Assembly: GCA_964016885.1 (NCBI GenBank) | Contig: OZ024743.1 | Span: 112,468,001-112,532,000 of the forward strand | DNA: 64,000 bases | Direction of reading: 5' to 3' | DNA from: Eledone cirrhosa | Lineage: Eukaryota | Part shown: positions 52,620 to 64,000 of the stretch, in pieces | Position numbering within the stretch: the stretch's first letter is position 1 | Layout: every line of letters begins with the position of its first letter | The notes under the pieces: model-generated | Databases searched by the model: none | What the model was told of the DNA's origin: nothing | Seen by the model: the letters and a program-made list of their open reading frames with translations, nothing else | Translations under genes and position numbers: made by a program

Positions 52620-52988
52620 CGGTGCTAGATGCTTTAAGTAAGGAAAGGAGGCTTTGCACGAGGTCAATCCCACTCTCTGAACATCGAATGCGTTTGCCCC
52701 CAAAAAAGAACTGGTCGAAAGCGTTGGATGCAAACGAAATCGCAGGTTTTATATCAGAGTGGCCTACTCCTAGAGAGATGTCTTAATGAAGACTAGAAGT
52801 CTCTCGCTCCACAAAAAAATTAAAAAATTAAAAATTAAATAAATTTTATTGGATGGCCGTTGACTCTCCTGAGTTCCTCCGCCCTTTGACGGGTTTAGTT
52901 TTTCTTCCCGCAGGTAGACCAAATTCGCCCTCCTCACCAAGCAAGCTTGGTAGAGTTGCCCGTTTAGTCGCAGACGACCTAACCATGC
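52620..52988 (-). mobile_element. RTE-type LINE 5'UTR fragment
   Basis: 52849-52885 (TTGGATGGCCGTTGACTC..GAGTTCCTCCGCCCT) matches 4602-4657 of the RTE 5'UTR; GC-rich hairpins; abuts (TACA)n. Confidence 0.6.
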
Positions 52989-53053
52989 ATACATACATAC
53001 ATACATACATACATACATACATACATACATACATACATACATACATACATACA

Positions 53054-53082
<29 letters not shown>
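52989..53082. repeat. (TACA)n microsatellite
   Basis: Direct reading. Confidence 0.97.
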
Positions 53083-53084
<2 letters not shown>

Positions 53085-53685
53085 GCATGGTGGTTGCATG
53101 TCAACCTGGCTTTTCACTTGACTAAAACAGGCTAAATGACAAAAGTATGGAGTTTGAAACGTTTATAGTGATACATACTTTCAAAGAAGTTATTTAACAG
53201 ACTCAGAAAATAGGTTCAATTATCATGGTTTCGTTACAAATAGCTGGAAAAGTTATCTTATTCTCCTCGTTTCTTTTACTTTTCTCTATTTTATTCATTC
53301 TATTTCTATCGCTCTATCCCAAACGCCTTCTCTTAAATTATCGACTGCAATACTATACAACGATGTATAAGAGCCCAGTCTATATATGTATATATAAATG
53401 TGTATAGCACATTCATTATTGTAACTATATTCTAGACTATTTAACAGAGAAAGCCCTTTTCTCCTTTTACATCACTTGCTCTTAGGTTGCACTTTTGATC
53501 GCCAGATGCCGAATCTATTATTTGCAACACACACTAAAGTGGTACGTAAGAATAGAGGCCTGAAAAAATGTTGTATTTAGCAACTTACACAAATGTCCAC
53601 ATTAAACTCACTCACCTATTCACAGGTATATATATATATATGTGTGTGTGTGTATGCATATATATATCTGTGGTATATACGTATA

Positions 53686-53772
<87 letters not shown>

Positions 53773-54289
53773 ATGTGTGTTTGTGTGTATATATATATAT
53801 ACTTATATATGTTTGTGTGTGTCTATACACATACACATACCTGCATATTATACATGTATACATACAGAGGTGACTACATAAATACATGCATCGAGTCTGT
53901 ACATATTTATGTAGACTGATTCTCTATAACGAGAAAAGCAGCGAGAGGGTTTTTTTACTTCTATTTTTTTGTCGGCTGCACCAATAATAATGACTTAAAT
54001 ATGGTATCTTTTCTATGTTTAACGGCGACAACAGTCGTTATCTTATAGCGAAAGGATTCAACAGCTAAACTAAAGCAGACCCACAGTCGTAATACATTAT
54101 TATTGAGAGTTTACTTTCTCTTAAATATACAATTTTCTCCGTCAAACACAACTTCAGATTTTCAAGTAAATATACCACTTATTGCATTACAAATCTTGGC
54201 ATAGTATTTTACCATGCTTGATAAAATATACGGCATTAACTATTCACTATCAGTCCACCAACAAATGATAAGAACCCTATTCATTAAGT

Positions 54290-55140
54290 TTCGCCTTTTG
54301 TGGCAAATAAATTGCGGTATTTGTCCGCCTCCTTGGGTTCTAAGTTCATATTCTGCAGAAGACGCCTTTGCTTTTCATTCTTCAGAGATCGATATATCAA
54401 ATACCAGCCTAGAGTGGTGGAATGTCAAAATAACTTCTTCTTTTTTTTATTTTGAGTCCTAATGACAACGTAGTACTCTGTGAGGATTGAAGACTTAATC
54501 CACAATATGTACTTATATATAATTTGAGAGCGAATTAAACAGAATGCAGAGAGAGGAAATATAAACTGCAAGGGGTCTCGTTCAGCACTCTCATGATTCC
54601 GCCAAACAACAATCTTGCAGTGGTATTTTATTTCATCAACCCCCCATAAGGATGAAATATACAGTTGTCTTGAATGGGTTTTGAGAAACAAGGTAACATA
54701 TTCATAATGGCTTCCAATTGAGGTATATGGCCAGTAATTTCACAGGATAAATCAAGTCAATTACACCAACCCTTAGCATATAACAGGTACTTTATTAAGT
54801 TGTCTCTGGAAGGATTAAACGTAATGTTTCGAAACAAGAAAGTATGTTTACAATGCTTTCTAATTTGGGCTCATGACAATTATTATTTATTAGGAGTTGG
54901 GTTAGTCCATTATATCCTTCTCCAATACGTGACTGATACATTATTTTATAGACCCGCATTTTATGAAGGTGAAGTTAATTTTGCTGGGATATGAGAAACC
55001 AGAAAATGTATTAATAATGATTTCTACTTGAGGTTATGGCCAGTAATTTGAGGGAAGGTGTAAGCCCATTACATCGATTTCCTGTACTACATGGGTACTT
55101 TATTTTACAGACCTGAAAGGATATAAGGTAAAGTTGATGT
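54290..55140. mobile_element. Several old, decayed S1-related SINE fragments
   Basis: Repeated GGCCAGTAATTT, GGTACTTTATT and AGGAT.AAGGTAAAGTT remnants. Confidence 0.55.
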
Positions 55141-55804
55141 AAAAAGCTAGTTATATATTACATGACGCTAGCAACGGAAACGAATTGAAGTAGATTTCAA
55201 CAGTAAATATTACAGGTTCAATTTTCTAAAGGCTCAGACGTGCCTTCTAATAATTCATGGTCTACTTAAAAGTCATGAAAATAACTAAGCAAATAAAAAA
55301 AGGTGAAAGCTGAGAAGCAATACATATTACATAAGAATGATTACGGCATTGATTCTTCAATTCTCCCTGATGAAAATGTACTTCACTACGCTTATGCTGC
55401 TAATACGCTTCAGAAAGTCATGAAGATATCAACACCTCATTTTCCTCTGCCTTACTACTAGCACATCATTATAATCTGTTCAAACTGAAAGAAACCATTC
55501 TTTCCTTTCTGGAGAAAGGTTTCATTTGGCTTTGTCCAGCTATTCATCTCTCTGCTACACAAATGATATTGCATCATAAGTCAGGACCTAATAAAGAATC
55601 GACTGTTTTATTATAGACTTTTACTGGTTGTCTTTATTTAGCATTCTTTCTCATTCCCTGTCCACCTTGTTCCATTTCTCTGTTTTTATCTGCTTCTTTA
55701 TTTCCTTCTCTTTCACTTTCTTTTTTTTTTCTCTCTCTCTCTCTCCTCTCATACATATATGTATATATATATAAATAAATATATATATAAATATATACAT
55801 ACAC

Positions 55805-55864
<60 letters not shown>

Positions 55865-55865
55865 C

Positions 55866-55898
<33 letters not shown>

Positions 55899-56649
55899 TT
55901 ATATATACACACATATATATATATGTATATATATAACACTTCCTCTCATTCCTTCTCTGTCTTATGTAACTCTCATTGTCTCTTCTTTGTTCCCTCACTT
56001 TCTCTCTCACTCTCTCTCTCTCTCACCCTCTCTCTCTCTCTCTCTCTCTAATGTGTCAATGTATCTTTCTATCATTCTCTTTTCTTTCTTTCACTCTCGC
56101 TTTATCTTCTTTATTCTCTTATTTATTCCTTTCTTTGGTCTATTCTCTAACCATATTTTATTTACGAACATATTTTATGTATTTTTTGGTTGCAGCATGT
56201 ATAGAAGCTTCTTTCTTGTCTTCTTTCTGTTCACTCTTCAGTTCTTTCATCTTGTGAAATCTGAATTGTAAAGCAAAAATTGCGGGTGAAGAAGAAGAAG
56301 AAGAAGAAGAAGAAGAAGAAGAAGAAGAAGAAGAAGAAGACGACGACGCTGGTCATATAAAAACAAAAGTAAATACACAAAGAAAATAAAGGAAGAAAGA
56401 AAAGAAGAAGTAAGAGGCGTATGGAAGATGGACAGACAGAAAGAACGAAAGAAAGAACGACAGAAAGAAAGTAAGAAAGAAAGAAAGATAGAAAGAACGA
56501 AAGACAGATGGAATGAAAGAAAGAGAAGGAGCTCCTCAACAACTTGGCGGACATGTTGGTGTCTTATTCGCTAGACCGTCCGTTTGTGGGAATATGCAAA
56601 GATAAGATAACAGAGAAAAGAGAAAATATTTAAAAAAATAAAACCTACC

Positions 56650-59220
<2,571 letters not shown>

Positions 59221-59469
59221 AAATGGCAGTAAATTCAAAATTTCAGCCCGGTCGGCTCATCTAGCAAACAATTTTGTGTATATTTTCTAACGCAACTATT
59301 TTTGGACAAGAACAACAAGGTTCAAATCTAAATAGCAGTCCGATGCTGGAAGATCAGATGAACAAACGGACAGACAGACGGGTAGATATGTAGAAATAAA
59401 GTAATCCGAGTATATTTTGTATTATGTTTAAAGAAATTATGGAAGAACATTTTTATTATTAATTTAAAT

Positions 59470-59686
59470 TATTTCTAGTATAGGCACAAGTCCAGCAATT
59501 TGGGGGAAGCGGAAAGTCGATTAAATCGACCCAAGTACGTTACTGGTGCTATATTTTATCAACCCCCGTAAGGATGAAAGGAAAAGTTAACCTCGGCGGG
59601 ATTTGAACTCACATCGTAAAGAGCCGTAACTATATGGTGCAAAGCATGGTGTCCGACGCTCTACCGATACTGCCAATCCACCGCCT
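59470..59686 (-). mobile_element. S1 SINE copy (long form)
   Basis: Includes the GTCGATTAAATCGAC hairpin segment that short copies lack. Confidence 0.85.
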
Positions 59687-60093
59687 TTTAATTAAAATGA
59701 AAATGAAACGGTGTGCCGCCTCACAAGAGGAAGATGGTCAAGGAAACTCGTATATTCATTTTTACATAAAATGTAATCGAGAAATTATTAAAATGATATA
59801 TTTAGATATAGATATATAGATATATATTTATATATATATATACATATTTATATATATATAGATATGTATATATAGATATATATTTATATATATATATGTC
59901 ATTTTAATAATATATATATATATGTATGTATGCATATATATATATGTGTGTGTGTTTGTGTCTGTGTGTGTGTACGAATACATATATATATATACATATA
60001 TACACTAATATATATATATAAATATATATATATGTGTGTGTGTGTGTGTTTGTGTGTGTTTACGTGTACATATATATATACATATATATATAA

Positions 60094-60125
<32 letters not shown>

Positions 60126-60607
60126 ATGTGTTTGTGTGTGTGTACGTATACATATATATACATATATACGTATATATATATATATGTGTGTGTGTGTGTA
60201 TACATATATGTACGTGTTTATGTTTGTGTATTTCTATGTATTTGTGTACTTATGTATATAGACGGATAGATTTCTGTAGTTCGTGTATGCTAACCTTCAG
60301 GATAGGACGAGCGGAAAGAATAAGAGAAGAGAAACAGAGTGAGAGAGGAAGAGAGAAATAGAGAGAGGGGTTAGTGAATAACTGAGTGAGTGAGACAAAG
60401 AAGTGACATAGATGGCAGTGACATTGACCGTCAGGAAAATAAATAAAAAAGACTAGAATAGATAGAGTAAAAGAGAATATAGGGAAGAATCTAACCATTG
60501 ATGTATAACACATCACCACATACATGTATAAATATAGGCTCACATATACATATGTGAGATCGATGTAGAATCCGGGAAAACTAAAAAGAAACGACAGACA
60601 TATTTGA

Positions 60608-60609
60608 AG

Positions 60610-60640
<31 letters not shown>

Positions 60641-60840
60641 ATATGAGAAAGAAAGAAAGAAAAAAAAATGAAAGAAATAAAGAAAGAAAAAATGAAAGAA
60701 AGAAAGGATGAGAGAAAGAAAGAAAAAAGAGAGAAAGAAAGAAAGAAAGGATGAGAAAAAGTAAGAAAGAAAGAAAGAAAGAAAGAAAAAGAGAAAGAAA
60801 GAAAGAAAGAAAGAGAGAAAGAAAGAAAATATAGAAAGAA
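60608..60840. repeat. (GAAA)n low-complexity tract
   Basis: Direct reading. Confidence 0.95.
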
Positions 60841-61411
60841 AAATATAGACAGAAAGATATATAAGGGTATAGAGGAGAATCTATAGAGAAAGTTGCAGAT
60901 GAGGTTAGACCGCGCTTTTGTTCATTATTGACGCATCTATCGTATGCTTTAGTTTGCCAGAAACCTGAGCAGCAAAATTGTAAGACAGCCCCAATGATTG
61001 GTTGCCTCCAGGAATAAAAACCATGGCATGCAAGCTAACATCTATTGACTCTATATAAACTGTCATTGATGCAACCGTTGTGTATTTCTGGTTGGTACTT
61101 ATATTTTTTCTTTTCTTTTTGATTTGATTTTTATTTTTGTTGTTATGTGTATTATTTGTTTTGTTTTTATAGTTGTTGCTGTACATATGTCTTTCTGGTT
61201 GCTTGCTTTTCTTCTCTTTTTTTTTTCCTTTTGCTTTGCATTATTGCTTTTTCTGCGTGACCAGAGAAAGCCAGCACAGTTAATTACTGTCCTTTATCAT
61301 GTTTTTAGAGAAAGGGCACAAACTGCTGAGGAGAATATATATATTTGTTTTTCCACTGTGAAGAAATACTTATTTTAAACGGCTTGCTCATACTCTCTGC
61401 ATGTATAGATG

Positions 61412-61512
<101 letters not shown>

Positions 61513-63500
61513 GTGTGTTCGTTTGCGTGAGCGAGACTGTGTCTGTCTGTGCCTTTATATTTATATAGAGAGATAGATAGATATAGATGTCGATATTAAC
61601 ATACACATACACATACATTCCTCACACACAAACACACACACACACACAGACAGACAGACACACACACACATATATTTATATATATATATATTATGTGTGT
61701 ATAAGTGTGTGTGAGATAGTGGGAGTGGGAGTATGTGTGTATTCCTGACTGTAACAATGTAAGCTAGCTTGCGTCACACTTATGTCATTGCGGAAAGAAA
61801 TGTACGAGGCAAGTCCCATAGCTTCTCATTTAAATGAAAATTGCTTTTGTCTAACTAGTTAGGAGCCTCAATGTTCAGATCCTAAGTATCTTTAGGGACC
61901 AATCTTACTTTACATACATTGAAAATAACAAACAGCCAACAAATAATTACTATTAGGTTCCTTGCGTATACATGTACGAATTCACAATATGTTTTATGCT
62001 ATTTAGAGATGTTGATGGAAATGTGTTTGTAGACACCCAAAATACAGAGTATCCCCAAATAAATGTATACACACTTTGATTAACCTGTACAGGCAATATT
62101 TATCAGAATGCTGTTGACTATTGAAGTGTATATACATGTTTGGGGGACAACCTGTATATGTTGACTGATTTTATCTTTGACAAATAATATCATATTTGGC
62201 GATATATTAGGAAAGTGAATAGTTGTTCGATCTCCGTCAGTTGCGGCAATGGGTGATCTAGTTGTTCGAACAGTGGAACACTTTGCTCATGAATTTAACA
62301 GGAAAGTGGTGTGACTGAGCATTTCACAGACTCATGCACCCTTAACATCGTTTTCAAGAGGATTCAACGCGACACAATATGTGAGAAATATGACCCTTTC
62401 AACTACAAATACAACTATTTTTTGTCAACTGAGAGAACAGGATCAACGTGAAACTGTCTCGCTCAAAAACGTAATGCGCCGCCAAGAATCGGACTCAAAA
62501 CCTTACAAAAATTAGCTGAGTACCCTAACCATGAAGATGGGCGCTGTCACATAAGTTAATGCTGGACTACATATGTTGCAGCATTGAGTTACTTCCTTTG
62601 GTGTTGTGTTCTCACATTTCTCTTTACGTTATTTAGAGAGGCTGATATGTTGTCTGAATGGTATATTTATTTAATTTTATTTTATAAAGCGAGGCACTAA
62701 GAAAGTAGTTTAGTGCTGAGTCTAAATATCTCATAGATTTGGGTTATTTCCCTTGACGACGTTCAGTGTTTTTACTGTTTCTACTGCTATAACCTTTGCC
62801 GTGGAACATTTCGAAAGCGATGAAGTAACATGCTGAAGAGTCGATGTAATGTATATAATCGATTATAGCATCTCCAATAAAGATTGTGGAACTGTGCCTT
62901 GATATTAACTACATATATGTATAGGCCTGTAACACCAGATGGTGTCGAAGTAGAGGTGTCGTTGAGTATTTAAGCTTGGCAGAGCCTAACCTGTCTCCCC
63001 AGATCCTGTCTCTCCAAATCCACAACCGATTCCTTCCAGAGATATAGAGAGAGTGCCAGAAAAGAATTGACAGAAAAATATGCATGATGATTTGATCCCA
63101 ATACTGGACTGATACATTTTAATCGACTTCAAAATTATGAAATTCAAAATTGATATCTGCAGAAGATAAAAAACCGGAACGAATAGCGAAAATCATTCTA
63201 TCAGACCTTCTAAGGGATAAAGTTAATTGGCCGTTTTATCTACATAATATTTCAAATTTCATATCTATTCTAAATTTAAATGCTTCTAAAACGATCTTTG
63301 ATTTTATATTTCGAAATTATGAGTAACATATGATATTCTTTTATAAAAAGAGATATTTTATCTATTATCAAATTAATAATAATTAAATGATAATCGAAAG
63401 TCATAATTTGCTGTTTACTGTACGTAACTTTCAACATATTGCTTCATACCACAACACATTCGAAGTTCTTTCTATATACATGCATGTGTGTATGCATGTA

Positions 63501-63552
<52 letters not shown>

Positions 63553-63608
63553 TATGTGTGTGTATGTGTATGTGTTTATAAATATACATCAATATACATA
63601 TACATATG

Positions 63609-63681
<73 letters not shown>

Positions 63682-64000
63682 TGGGTCGTGAAATATAAAA
63701 TTTGTAGGAATTTGTTTTTTTTTCAACAAATATCTACAAATTTCATACTTGACGACTCAATATATACACACTTGGGTCAGTATTCATGTGGCCTTTGTAC
63801 TGTTCAATTGTAACCAATTAAACCTAATAATATCTCTCAAAATTAAATCATAAGATACCAGCATACCAAATATCCTTCAGACTGTAGCCACCATTTTATT
63901 CACACGATAACATTTTAAACAATGCTATATATTATTTCTAATAGTAAGTAATAACAGTTAACATTTTGTCCAGTACATTCAAACAAATGAAATTTGTCTA

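Noticed and set aside
60905-61186. Minus ORF with a protein-like tail (YTTVASMTVYIESIDVSLHAMVFIPGG...)
   Set aside because: No polypyrimidine acceptor on that strand and no recognisable family; left uncalled.

Overview
AT-rich animal genomic DNA packed with microsatellites and transposable elements. The repeat types and the tRNA-derived SINE suggest an octopus or other coleoid cephalopod (inference). No host gene can be named; there are only low-confidence candidate exons, and almost all short ORFs in the track are microsatellite read-through. Main contents: (1) a full-length Tx1/L1-group LINE (19951-25749) with both ORFs intact, inserted in a (TC)n tract with a perfect 22-bp target-site duplication (TSD), and with ORF1 and ORF2 in one frame separated by a single TAG; (2) an RTE-clade LINE (2717-6217) whose 5' half is inverted so that both halves rejoin in frame, the geometry of twin priming; (3) decayed Penelope-like elements (PLEs; RT plus GIY-YIG) and many short PLE-end-like remnants in (TA)n tracts, many with readable hammerhead ribozyme folds and an 'inverted arm + arm + tail' fold-back layout, including a dense cluster at 45.9-49.1 kb and a two-family head-to-head fusion at 32-36 kb; (4) tRNA-derived SINEs, often in tandem, hAT-like MITEs, old RTE fragments, and minisatellites. 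All coordinates and alignments were made by eye and no database search was run.
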